From Candidatus Obscuribacteraceae bacterium (GTDB taxonomy: Bacteria > Cyanobacteriota > Vampirovibrionia > Obscuribacterales > Obscuribacteraceae), in contig JBGAHS010000005.1 of assembly GCA_044226015.1 (NCBI GenBank), positions 512,001-576,000 of the forward strand: a DNA stretch of 64,000 bases, given 5' to 3'. The notes beneath the pieces are model-generated. The model ran no database searches and was not told the DNA's origin. It saw only the letters and a program-made list of their open reading frames with translations. A program made the position numbers and the translations under genes. Shown in pieces: positions 1 through 9,811 of the stretch (position 1 is the first letter of the stretch; each line of letters opens with the position of its first letter).

Positions 1-358
1 ATCGACCCAGGTCGCGTAGATCGTTGCCTTGAACCAAAACGCGCAAGTCATTGTTTCCTGAAACTAACCAGACGCTTATGACCTCTGGAAATCTTGCTAT
101 TCTGTTCGCAACCTTATCAAATCCGACTTCCCTAGCTGGAGCAACCTTAACGTCGATGAAAGCCAAAACCTTTTCGAGTCCAGCTTTTTCCCAGTCAATT
201 ATTGCTTTGTAGCGTTTGATGACGCCGTCTTTTTCGTATTGCTCGATGGATGCTTTTACATCCTCGACCTTTCTGCCTGTCATTTTGGCTATTTGCTCAG
301 CTGACAAGCGGGAGTCGCGATTAAGAATACTTAGAATTTCATCTGGTTGATTTGACAT
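1..358 (-). CDS. Lrp/AsnC family transcriptional regulator (partial, runs off the window start)
   Basis: Not in the ORF track. Manual translation from ATG at 358: MSNQPDEILSILNRDSRLSAEQIAKMTG...EKDGVIKRYKAIIDWEKAG...FIDVKV...IARFPEVISVWLVSGNNDL, i.e. an N-terminal HTH plus RAM-domain pattern. Confidence 0.9.
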   Translation of the reverse strand, partial: MSNQPDEILSILNRDSRLSAEQIAKMTGRKVEDVKASIEQYEKDGVIKRYKAIIDWEKAGLEKVLAFIDVKVAPAREVGFDKVANRIARFPEVISVWLVSGNNDLRVLVQGNDLRDLGR

Positions 359-444
359 AGTGGCACTATTTTAGCACGCTCACGGCTGTCAAATGGCTGA
401 ACTCCATCTGCTTTACGATTTTACTTAACGCAAGCAGATCTTGC

Positions 445-1704
445 TTATCGTTTGAATGCCTCAGGAATAAGCAGCTGTCGGCGCCCATTTGCAGTTGTCC
501 AAGCTTGTATTTCACCTGCGCCGCGAGTGTAAATATATCTCTCAGGACCGTTGGTGAGCATTCGGCTAGTGTTGATGAGCATCACCTGATTGTTTCCGGC
601 AACACCCATGGCGTCGCCGACTAGCCCTTTGAATGGACCGCTTGCCACTTTTACCGGAACATCGAATTTTAATTGGGTTAAATAGCCATTACTTCCGAAA
701 GCTGCCTCTACTGGTTTGATACCTTTAGCGTTAGCTTGCCCATAAATCCAACTTGAATCGCCACGCATCCATGTAGGCACTCCGACATCAGCAAGATGCT
801 CATACTTTGCCTGAAACCATTTTGGTGCTGCTGTGAATTCAGCCATTTGTGTTTCTAGTCCCAGTGTATTCCTTGCTTTTTCGAAGTTTCGTCCAATGCG
901 CGTTATGCCCTCTGGATTTCCTATGGTTATGGATCCATCAGGCAACTGCTTGACTGTATAAACAGACTCACCGTACGACGTGGTTTTGCTCGGATTCAGC
1001 GGATCACGAAAGCGAAATGGAAGTGCCGCTTGCGGGTATTCCGTTAGCACCGCACCATCATCTAGTTTGCTGACAATTTTTCGTTCATTAGCTAGCTCAA
1101 ATTCGCGTGTTGGCATTTGCGGTTCTGCTGGTCTAATTATTGCTGGTTTTGCAATTGGTGCTTCTTTTTTAGCTGCTGCTTTCTCAACTGAGCTTGCGCC
1201 TACTATTTCTGCGGATGTCGTGGGCTTTGTCAGAGCCGCATCTTCCGCGCTAGCAGCAGTCTTTCGACCAGTTTTGCTTACTACTTCGATTCTTCTGGCG
1301 GCTTCAAACTGATCTACGTCAATGCCTCTACCAGTGAGTTTTTCTTCCAGGGCTGCTTGCCTACCAGCAGATAGCCGTTCACGTGAAACAAGGGTCATAC
1401 CACCATCGACATAGCTAAGACCGCTTGCCTGTCTGATTTGTGTGCTTCCTTCTTTTTCAGCGAGTCTTCTTAGAGCTGCTGCTTGTCCTGATGCCGATAG
1501 GCTAAGGGTTCGTGAACCACCACCTATGGCTTCTTCCGCTAGCCTCATCGCGGCGGTGGGTTCTTTCATTGCTGCCCCGGCGCTTAGAGCTTCTCCTGCT
1601 CGAACTGTTTTGCCTGCGGCATCTCCGAGTAGCTTCGCCCCCAGTGTTTCGGCGCCTTCTAGCGCAGCCTTGCCTAATGATTCAGCGATATCTAGCCTCG
1701 ACAT
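445..1704 (-). CDS. Hypothetical protein: Ala/Gly/Glu-rich N-terminal half, beta-rich globular C-terminal half
   Basis: Long ORF (track 445..1710). ATG at 1704 is preceded by GGAG. No recognisable family motif. Confidence 0.75.
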   Translation of the reverse strand: MSRLDIAESLGKAALEGAETLGAKLLGDAAGKTVRAGEALSAGAAMKEPTAAMRLAEEAIGGGSRTLSLSASGQAAALRRLAEKEGSTQIRQASGLSYVDGGMTLVSRERLSAGRQAALEEKLTGRGIDVDQFEAARRIEVVSKTGRKTAASAEDAALTKPTTSAEIVGASSVEKAAAKKEAPIAKPAIIRPAEPQMPTREFELANERKIVSKLDDGAVLTEYPQAALPFRFRDPLNPSKTTSYGESVYTVKQLPDGSITIGNPEGITRIGRNFEKARNTLGLETQMAEFTAAPKWFQAKYEHLADVGVPTWMRGDSSWIYGQANAKGIKPVEAAFGSNGYLTQLKFDVPVKVASGPFKGLVGDAMGVAGNNQVMLINTSRMLTNGPERYIYTRGAGEIQAWTTANGRRQLLIPEAFKR

Positions 1705-1960
1705 ATTCAACTCCGAATTCTTGGGTGCAACCTATGACTACGACGACCAAAGTTTTGATCACACAGTTTTGCAAATATCGAATCAAGCCTGTCTCTAAAA
1801 TATTGAGTGCTCCAGTTTGTCGCCATAGTGATTTCACGTAGCGTCTAGATCTGTGCATGAATCTGCAGTAACGCTGTTCTGTTACTGTGCATTTTTGCCA
1901 TGACGGTGAGCTCCTCTTCGTGAATGAGGACCTTCGATTCATCGCTCAATTCTCACGTCA

Positions 1961-4279
1961 TCACTGATTCGGAATTAAAAGTTCTTCGTTTTCTTTCAAC
2001 GATATGCTTTCTGAGTTCTCTTCAGCAGTTGTGATTTCGATCGATTCACTCTTAGTGTCTTCGGAGGAGCTCTGCGGGACTGTATCTAATTGATGCTTGT
2101 GCGCCATTAAATCTGCTTTTAACCAACTGACATTTTCATAGCGATCTTTCAGATTCAAGTTAGTTGCCTGAGAAACTATCCTACTCAATTCGCTGGAAAT
2201 ACTCTTGCTTTCGTTACTCGGGTTAGACTGTGAGATCGGTGTCGGGTCATGTCCCATCAGCATATAGTACATAGTGGAGCCGAGAGCGTAAATGTCGCTT
2301 TGTGGAACAGCTTCCGCACGGAATTGTTCGGGTGGAGAGTAAGAGTGCTTTCCGGCGCATTCTCCTGATTTTATATTCTTCTCTGATTGTGCAACGCTGA
2401 AATCGATTAGTTTGAGTATTCCGTTAGACTGCAAAATAAGATTGTCGGGAGTGAAGTCTCGATGAACGATTGGTGGGTTTTTCGAATGCAAATAAGAGAG
2501 GATTTCACACATCTGAAGAGCTAATTCCCTGACGCGAGACTCGTCTAAAGCACCTTCTTTTTCGATCAGTTGCCGCAATGTGAGTCCGTCTACATACTCC
2601 AAGACAAGATAGACACGGCTGTTTTCATAGAACATATCTTTTACTTGCACAATTTGCTCATGCTCAAGCTGCGACAAGAGCTTACTTTCATTTTCAAACG
2701 CCCTTGCTGATTCCATAAGTACATCCAGCGATTCGCCAGGAACTAGCTGAAACTCTTTTAGCACAACCTTCTCAGCTTGGTCTGTTTCGGCAAGATATGC
2801 GACAGCCTGACCTCCTGTGCCGATGCGTTGCAAAATCTTGAAAGCGCCTTTTCGCAGAACTGATCCTTCTACGATGCTGTCGCTTTGTTCAACTTTTCCG
2901 CCAGTCAAAACATCAAACCAGATTTCTGTGTATTTGGGTTCTCTTAAGACACTTGAGCCAACCAGCGCTTCTTGAGTCTCAGCGTCAAGGTGAATTGATG
3001 GAGCATGCTTCCTGATCGCAAAAAATAACTGGGCTTTTTGCTCTTTGTTTAGATCTTCCAGGCGGATATCTAATGCTCTCGTTTCATCACTTATTCTGAT
3101 CAGATCGCTTTTGAGCTCTAACGAGCGCGAGATTGATTCAAAAATCTCGCCAACTTTTACTACAGGATACAAAATCGGTGGAACAGTTTTTAGCTTTTCT
3201 GCTGGGAGTGAGCTCGGTATCAGCGTTATGCTAGTTACGTCCTTCCATGCAATTTGAAACGGAACATGTTCAAGTCTCAACAAAGCTACATCTCTGAACC
3301 ATCCTTTTATAGGCAAGGATTTGATGTAGTCATCGTAAATCTCAATTTCATTTTCTCTGCTGATGAAGTTAAGTCCAAATGTGAAATATGAGCGTAAGAA
3401 CAATGTCATCACGCACCACCCGAGTGGTGTCATGTAGAATTGAATCTGCTGAATGATATGATGAAAATTCTTGTCTTTTGAGGCGTAGCCAAATACTTGG
3501 TCTGCAGCAGTGTGTGCATACATCCAATCCATGATCATTCCAGGAATGCCGCAAATAAAGAATAGAAGAATAGTTATTGTGAAAGCTGGTGAGTTAAAGA
3601 AATCGATATTGGATGAACGCTTTTCCTTGTCGGGAAACTGAGTAAGCCTGAGACAGTCGTGGTGTTTTACTGCTTCAACTGCTTCTTTCTTTGTCAGTGC
3701 TCTAAATGTGCTGCTGACAAAGTGGCTGAACATAAGAATTAATGCGCTTGGAGGCGCCGCTACTAACCATGCAAGCAGAAGAGGGCGTATGTCCAGGGCC
3801 AAGTCTCGAATTGCTCTAGGGTCGCGGTACTGCATTCGCACAAGGGTATAATCCTCGTTCCAAAATCTTCGCCAGCGGGCTGGCAAGAATGCAGCAAACA
3901 TGATCGTAGTGAAACTTAGCCACGAGATCATTGGCAGGCAGATAAGCCCATAAGTCCACTTTATGCTTTTGCAAGAATTGGCATAAGCACGAAGATCGTT
4001 TTTCGTAAGAGAGCATTCTTTACGCCAATCATTGCTGACGAAGTCTTTTGGATCGACAGCTGCTAAAGCTGCCGGTTTATTCTTATTGTATAGAGTGAAA
4101 ATGTGTAAGTACGCTAATTGCAATAGAAACAGCAAGTAAAATGGTCTGAGCCAAAATGATTCTTGCTCCATAGACTCACTAAACTGAGTCAACCTTTCTT
4201 CCCAGTATCCTGAAAAGAGATGAGCAAACGGTTTCAAATAATTCGTGGGTTGGGTGCTCTCGGACCTCGTGTCGGTCAT
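1961..4279 (-). CDS. Membrane-anchored Ser/Thr protein kinase (N-terminal multi-TM region, C-terminal kinase)
   Basis: GTGGQAVAY loop, VVLKEF, HRDFTPDN, LIDFS, GKHSYSPPEQ, SDIYALG; several hydrophobic segments in the first 300 aa. Confidence 0.9.
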   Translation of the reverse strand: MTDTRSESTQPTNYLKPFAHLFSGYWEERLTQFSESMEQESFWLRPFYLLFLLQLAYLHIFTLYNKNKPAALAAVDPKDFVSNDWRKECSLTKNDLRAYANSCKSIKWTYGLICLPMISWLSFTTIMFAAFLPARWRRFWNEDYTLVRMQYRDPRAIRDLALDIRPLLLAWLVAAPPSALILMFSHFVSSTFRALTKKEAVEAVKHHDCLRLTQFPDKEKRSSNIDFFNSPAFTITILLFFICGIPGMIMDWMYAHTAADQVFGYASKDKNFHHIIQQIQFYMTPLGWCVMTLFLRSYFTFGLNFISRENEIEIYDDYIKSLPIKGWFRDVALLRLEHVPFQIAWKDVTSITLIPSSLPAEKLKTVPPILYPVVKVGEIFESISRSLELKSDLIRISDETRALDIRLEDLNKEQKAQLFFAIRKHAPSIHLDAETQEALVGSSVLREPKYTEIWFDVLTGGKVEQSDSIVEGSVLRKGAFKILQRIGTGGQAVAYLAETDQAEKVVLKEFQLVPGESLDVLMESARAFENESKLLSQLEHEQIVQVKDMFYENSRVYLVLEYVDGLTLRQLIEKEGALDESRVRELALQMCEILSYLHSKNPPIVHRDFTPDNLILQSNGILKLIDFSVAQSEKNIKSGECAGKHSYSPPEQFRAEAVPQSDIYALGSTMYYMLMGHDPTPISQSNPSNESKSISSELSRIVSQATNLNLKDRYENVSWLKADLMAHKHQLDTVPQSSSEDTKSESIEITTAEENSESISLKENEELLIPNQ

Positions 4280-6861
4280 GTCTCGACCTCCTCGGCTTGC
4301 TTTAACTCCACTATTACAGAATCGTCATTCTTTAGCCTAACTTCTCCGTTTGCTGTATCGCTTGTTAGGTCGATTTTTGTATTGCCTTCCGCTGGAAGTA
4401 TGTCTGCTTCGCTTCTTCTTGAGTCGAGTATCTGGTTGATTTCCGAATTGATTGTCTCCGAAAGTGTTTTAACAACAGTTTCTGTATGTACTTTCTCCGT
4501 TGTGTTTGAATCCTTTGGAGACTTTGCTGAAGCTTTTTGATTTGCTAATTCTGAAAGCACACTGGTGATTTCACCAAGAGATGATGGACGGTCAGACTCT
4601 TCGAATTCAGTGCATCTCGACACTAGCTCTGCCATTTTGTTTGATATATCTGAGTGCAATTCTTTCAGATTCGTTCTTTGTAGCGCTCGAGGATCTTCAC
4701 CGGTCAGCAAGAAGGCCAGAGTGGCACCCAGGCTGTAAATGTCACTTGCTTTGCTGGACTTTCCCCTCAGCTGTTCGGGTGCGATGTAGGATTGTTTTCC
4801 TATTAGTGTTCCCGTGACTCCTTCCATGAATTGATGAGCCGCGCCGAAGTCGATGATTCTCACATTGCCATCTCTATCAAGCATCAGGTTGTCCGGGGTT
4901 AAATCACGATGCAAAATAGGGACTTCCTGCTCATGCATGAACTTCAACTGTTCGCAGATTTGCAATGCCCATTTTGCGACGAATGTCTCGCTCCGTTTTC
5001 CGCTACGTTTGATAAGTTGCCTCAGGTCAATGCCGTCGATATGTTCAAGAGCAATGTAAGTGGAAGAACCGTCTTCGAAACTATCAATCACAGTTGCGAT
5101 GTCTGGATGGTTTAAAGATTTCAACAAGGTGTATTCCTGAAGAAATGATTCTCTTTGTTTTTGTATTTTGGGATCAAGCGAAGGTGCGACGAATTGCTTC
5201 AGCACTGCGAGACTGCCTTCTTTTTGTCTAACCAGATAGACAGCGCTCAGTGGCTTACTGAGTAGCTTTCGAATGATTCGATATTCTTCCGATCCATTGG
5301 TTACTTTTGCACCGGGGGGATGTGGAACGAAAATTGTTGATTCAAATTTCTTTGTTTCCGATAGCGATGAAGAGGTGTTATTTTTTGCAAGAGCAACGCG
5401 CAGTCTGACAGCTGATTCATCCATTTTGCAATTATTGCCCAGCTCATCGGCAAAGGCTAACAACTCTGCTTGTTTTTCTGGCTCAAGTTCAACTGTTGGA
5501 ATGCTTACAGTTTTAGTATTGAACTTCAGTACGATTGTTTCGGATTGCTTTCCTTCGTTTCTTACCGTCACCGATTTCAACTCTGACCAGAATAGTAATC
5601 TGCGTTCAAAGCTTGTCGTTATCAATAGTCCTTGCTCGCTTGCAAGAATATTCTCTGCCTTTCTTGGAGGAAGAAATGCACATGCTGTTACAGCAAGGGG
5701 CGTCAGATAGCAACCTGCAATGTAGGAGCCAAGAAAGAGCTTCATGCTCTTCAACTGCCAGGGTGAGAGATTCTGATCAACCATACTTCCAATCACCCAA
5801 TTTTCCACGGCATGAGCCAGCTCAAACAGTGGCTGAAAGTACGGATATTTAGTTGCTGCAATCTCTGTCGTGGGTATTAGAGCAACCAGTGAAAATAAAA
5901 TGAGATAGCAATCAAACAGAAGAAACAAGGTTTCAAACACACTTCGAATATGTGGATGCTTTGCTTTAACCGGAATTTTTATACTTCTTATATTTAGACT
6001 TCTGTGTACAAGGCTGAGAATGTCTTCCCCAGATTTGTTTTCAAATATCGTCTTCAGTATCTGCTGGTATGTTGCACTGATGCGCACCATCAGAGCTGAT
6101 GTGAGATTCAATATCGCGATTGAGAATGCCGACGCTGCAAGCAGATTGAGGATTGAGCCTTCTCTATAATCGGAAATGTTTGCGTCTTGAAGTGTCGCAA
6201 GCAACCAGGCACCGACAGTGCTACCCAAGCCGCCCGGCAAAAATGCAAAAAGAAGAACAGCCAGAACAAAGCCAAGATAAAGGCTCTGGAAGGGAAAGAC
6301 CTGAGTCAAAAAGTCTCTGCTTTGCCTTTTGATTTTTGTTGTTAGATTCTTTGATGATTGCGTGTTGCTCTTTGTGGGCAAGATTTTATTTCCGCTCCAA
6401 GAGCTTAAGGCACCAAGAACTGGCATCGACAAGCCCGCAAAAATGCAAAAGTTTAGAAGTGCAACCAAATCGTGCGCCGAGAACCAGTACTGGGAAGATA
6501 GAAGCACCCATTGAAGAAACATTGATGCTAGTAGCATCGTCGCGCCTTTACGGCATGGCCATTTCCGCCAATCGATTTTGTAAGTCTTGAGATTTTGCTC
6601 TACAAAAATGCCATGAAGGGGTGAGCATATGCAGAGTAAGCCCATGCCTGTCAAAAATGGAGCAAACATGTAGTGGTCTAGCAGGTGACTCTTGAACAGT
6701 TGAAATAAACTCGGAGCAACAATGGCAATCGAGACTGCTAGCGAGGACCAAAATAGGATCTTTTCGCCTTTTGGAGTGAAAAGCTTTTCAAGTCCTTGCC
6801 TGTCTTCCGCTGCTGGAGGTTTTTGACTGGATGGCAATGTATTTTCTTGTGGCGAATCCAT
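4276..6861 (-). CDS. Membrane-anchored Ser/Thr kinase-like protein with a degenerate Gly-rich loop
   Basis: AVLKQF, HRDLTPDN, IIDFG, GKQSYIAPEQ, SDIYSLG; many TM segments in the N-terminal half; 4-nt ATGA overlap with the downstream kinase gene. Confidence 0.9.
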   Translation of the reverse strand: MDSPQENTLPSSQKPPAAEDRQGLEKLFTPKGEKILFWSSLAVSIAIVAPSLFQLFKSHLLDHYMFAPFLTGMGLLCICSPLHGIFVEQNLKTYKIDWRKWPCRKGATMLLASMFLQWVLLSSQYWFSAHDLVALLNFCIFAGLSMPVLGALSSWSGNKILPTKSNTQSSKNLTTKIKRQSRDFLTQVFPFQSLYLGFVLAVLLFAFLPGGLGSTVGAWLLATLQDANISDYREGSILNLLAASAFSIAILNLTSALMVRISATYQQILKTIFENKSGEDILSLVHRSLNIRSIKIPVKAKHPHIRSVFETLFLLFDCYLILFSLVALIPTTEIAATKYPYFQPLFELAHAVENWVIGSMVDQNLSPWQLKSMKLFLGSYIAGCYLTPLAVTACAFLPPRKAENILASEQGLLITTSFERRLLFWSELKSVTVRNEGKQSETIVLKFNTKTVSIPTVELEPEKQAELLAFADELGNNCKMDESAVRLRVALAKNNTSSSLSETKKFESTIFVPHPPGAKVTNGSEEYRIIRKLLSKPLSAVYLVRQKEGSLAVLKQFVAPSLDPKIQKQRESFLQEYTLLKSLNHPDIATVIDSFEDGSSTYIALEHIDGIDLRQLIKRSGKRSETFVAKWALQICEQLKFMHEQEVPILHRDLTPDNLMLDRDGNVRIIDFGAAHQFMEGVTGTLIGKQSYIAPEQLRGKSSKASDIYSLGATLAFLLTGEDPRALQRTNLKELHSDISNKMAELVSRCTEFEESDRPSSLGEITSVLSELANQKASAKSPKDSNTTEKVHTETVVKTLSETINSEINQILDSRRSEADILPAEGNTKIDLTSDTANGEVRLKNDDSVIVELKQAEEVET

Positions 6862-6987
6862 TCAAATACCTCTAAGCCCTTTTTGAAGGACTGACCGGTG
6901 CCTAAAGAATCGCCAAGCTATGGAAAACGTACTTGATATTCAGTGATAAGGGAACCATCTGCGCCCTAAGATTTATCCATAAATTGA

Positions 6988-9699
6988 TTAATTCTGGATT
7001 TTTGCAGCCCTGTCCATAACCCATTTTGTAATCCTATTTGAATATTTTTGTTTGAACAAAACGTTCAAATGTAGCGTCTCTAGCATACGAGCGGTTTCTG
7101 ACTTGCTATAAGGCACTGGATGAACCTTATGCCATGCTATGACTTTAGCCTCTTTGTCGGGTGTATCATACGTCGAGCCAAAATCGCCAAGGCTTCGCAG
7201 AGATGCCTCGGGAAACTTTTTCATGAGTTCTGCCCAATGCGATGTGATGAACTGGTATCCATAATCTCTTACGTAGTGATTTGATGCAATTTCGGTTATC
7301 AGCATCAGACCCTCCTCCGCACGCACTTTCTTGCTCATTCCGAGCTCAATAGTTCTTTTAGCCAGGTCCAACTGGTGGAAGCTGCTGAGGAAACCTAGAG
7401 CCCTTTCTTCCTCCGCTGGATTTTTTGCGCTCTCCCAGAGCTGTATAAACTTGTCGTAGTCTTCTTTTCCACCGTTGAAAACAACGATTCTTTCGGCCGG
7501 GCTGATGTTGTCTGGCGACACGGAATGCTTATCTTTAAAGTAGTCGCTAAAGACCTTTCGTGCTTCTTTGATTGTTTCGGCATCTCGTCCTATAGTTCCC
7601 AGCAAACCTAGTACGGACTGACGCAGCCTTTTGGTCTGATGCGAGTCATTTTCGCCTACTGTCCAATTGTTTAATTTTGCTTTTAGTGGCAACAGTTTTG
7701 CACGAACCCATTTTGCATACGCCGCGCTTTTCTTCTCATCATCGCGGACATATTCCCAGGGACCACCTACAAGATCTACATAAAATGTGAGCAGCATTGG
7801 CTCATTCTCTTTTTCCAGTACATCGATGAAATTGTAGTAGTCTTCAATAGCAATATCGCCAGGTTGAATCAAGGAAGAATTGTCTTCAAGTAAATTGATC
7901 TTCTCTTCCAGTGTCAGCTTATTGAAGTTCGCCTGAATTTCTTTGAGGTGTGCCGGTTCGTAGCATGCTCGATAATACCCCCGACCCGATGCATTAAGCA
8001 GTAAATTCTTGTCGCTGCCTTCGGTTAGCGAAAAATCTTGGCTGCGCTTTTCTAACAACTCGGTGAAGTGCTGCGACTTTTCGTTGTCCAGTTTGCGCAT
8101 CACTATTGGTATCATCCAAAGCGTGGGATCCTTCTTGTCTTGCCCGAGTTGCAATTGACGATATTGGGTCAGATTGACCTTTCCATCTTTAAGCTTCACG
8201 TTTACCTGAGGATATCCAGGTTGAAACACGAAATTCTTCATTATTGCTGGAACAGGCAACTTGTCAGCGTGATTTGCTATCGCATTCCAGAAATCAGCCG
8301 CGCTGGCATTCGCGAATTGATGCTTGCTTAAGTACTCAGTGACACCAGACTGAAACTTCTTATCTCCGATGTATGTCTCAAGCATCTTCAGCACCGCAGC
8401 ACCTTTGGTGTAAGTGATGCCATCAAACATTTCGACTGCTTGAGATGGATTCGATACGTCAGCATGAATGGCTCGAGTCGTTTTTAGAGCATCTGTCGAA
8501 AGGGCCCAGCCCTTTGAAAAAATGCTATGGGTCATCGCTTGCCATTCAGGATGCAGAGCCTCTTCCACTTTAGTTGCCATCCAGGTGGCAAATGCCTCGT
8601 TCAGCCAGAGGTCATCCCACCATTTCATAGTAACGAGGTCGCCGAACCACTGATGCGCAAATTCATGTGCAGTTGTGCCAAAAACATTCTGCTTTTGCGC
8701 AGAGCTGCCCGTCTTATCATCAAATAGCAGCGAGCTTTCATGATAAGTAACAATGCCAATGTTTTCCATTGCACCTGCGCTGAACTCAGGAAGTGCTACA
8801 AGATCCATCTTCTTCCCCAGGTAGGGAACGCCAAAATAGCTAGATAGGCAATCGAGAATTTTTCCTGATTCCTCCAGAGCATAATGTCCAAGCTGCTCTT
8901 TGCCGTTTACAGCCCACACTTTGACAGGCACTGTACCCGCTTTGGTTTCACCGGTACATTTGAAATCTCCGATAACCATACAAAGGAGATAGGTAGACAT
9001 TTTTGGAGTGTCTTCGAACTGAATTTCTTTTTTTTCGTTTGCAATTTCCTTTTCCGAAGCTATAGGGGAATTTGAAAGAGCAACTAGATTTTTGTCTGTA
9101 ATGATTTTTATTCTAAAAACTGCCTTGTATGCCGGTTCATCGAAACAAGGAAAGACTCTTCGTGCATCGGTTGGTTCCATCTGTGTTGCAGCAACATATC
9201 GGTGCTGCTTATTTTTATCGTTATATCTTGCGCGATAAAATCCGCGCATCTGGTCGCTTAATGTGCCGGTAAACTCAATGTCGAGCATGTAATCAGCGGC
9301 TGGAATTGGTGCTTTTGCCGATAGCGTAACTTTCTCTGTAACTTTGTCGAAGCGAGGCGTAAGCTCAATAGTTTTGCCATGACCTGATTTTGATTTTAAA
9401 CTTGCCTTTGTAATTTGAATCTCAAGCGAATTCAAAACGATTTCGCTGCTTGCCTTTTTCAATGTCAGGTCTATTTTTTCGCTGCCTGTGAAGGTGAATT
9501 TCTCCAGGTTAGGAGCGAACGAAAGCTCATAGTATTTTGGAACAACATAATTAGGAAGCCGATAGCTGCGTTTTTGCTCTTGATTTTTGGAATTGTCAGC
9601 AGCTGCGTTTGCGAATGGAAGAATCGAAAGAAGGCAGCTCAGAGAAAGAACTGTGCTGAGGGAATTCCGTAAAAGCTTGCTGCTACTTTGATTTCGCAT
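6988..9699 (-). CDS. M1 family zinc aminopeptidase with signal peptide (ERAP1-like C-terminal domain)
   Basis: GAMEN, HEFAHQWFG...WLNEAFA (HExxH-x18-E), YTKGAAVL; N-terminal Sec-type signal ending ANA-A. Confidence 0.95.
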   Translation of the reverse strand: MRNQSSSKLLRNSLSTVLSLSCLLSILPFANAAADNSKNQEQKRSYRLPNYVVPKYYELSFAPNLEKFTFTGSEKIDLTLKKASSEIVLNSLEIQITKASLKSKSGHGKTIELTPRFDKVTEKVTLSAKAPIPAADYMLDIEFTGTLSDQMRGFYRARYNDKNKQHRYVAATQMEPTDARRVFPCFDEPAYKAVFRIKIITDKNLVALSNSPIASEKEIANEKKEIQFEDTPKMSTYLLCMVIGDFKCTGETKAGTVPVKVWAVNGKEQLGHYALEESGKILDCLSSYFGVPYLGKKMDLVALPEFSAGAMENIGIVTYHESSLLFDDKTGSSAQKQNVFGTTAHEFAHQWFGDLVTMKWWDDLWLNEAFATWMATKVEEALHPEWQAMTHSIFSKGWALSTDALKTTRAIHADVSNPSQAVEMFDGITYTKGAAVLKMLETYIGDKKFQSGVTEYLSKHQFANASAADFWNAIANHADKLPVPAIMKNFVFQPGYPQVNVKLKDGKVNLTQYRQLQLGQDKKDPTLWMIPIVMRKLDNEKSQHFTELLEKRSQDFSLTEGSDKNLLLNASGRGYYRACYEPAHLKEIQANFNKLTLEEKINLLEDNSSLIQPGDIAIEDYYNFIDVLEKENEPMLLTFYVDLVGGPWEYVRDDEKKSAAYAKWVRAKLLPLKAKLNNWTVGENDSHQTKRLRQSVLGLLGTIGRDAETIKEARKVFSDYFKDKHSVSPDNISPAERIVVFNGGKEDYDKFIQLWESAKNPAEEERALGFLSSFHQLDLAKRTIELGMSKKVRAEEGLMLITEIASNHYVRDYGYQFITSHWAELMKKFPEASLRSLGDFGSTYDTPDKEAKVIAWHKVHPVPYSKSETARMLETLHLNVLFKQKYSNRITKWVMDRAAKIQN

Positions 9700-9811
9700 C
9701 CTATCACTCCTTTGCTTACAGTGGCTAATTATCCCACAGAGAGATGTGCCGATCTGCTAAACTTGAGTGGCTAAATTACCAACTGATTTGCAAGTCGATT
9801 GCAGATATCCT

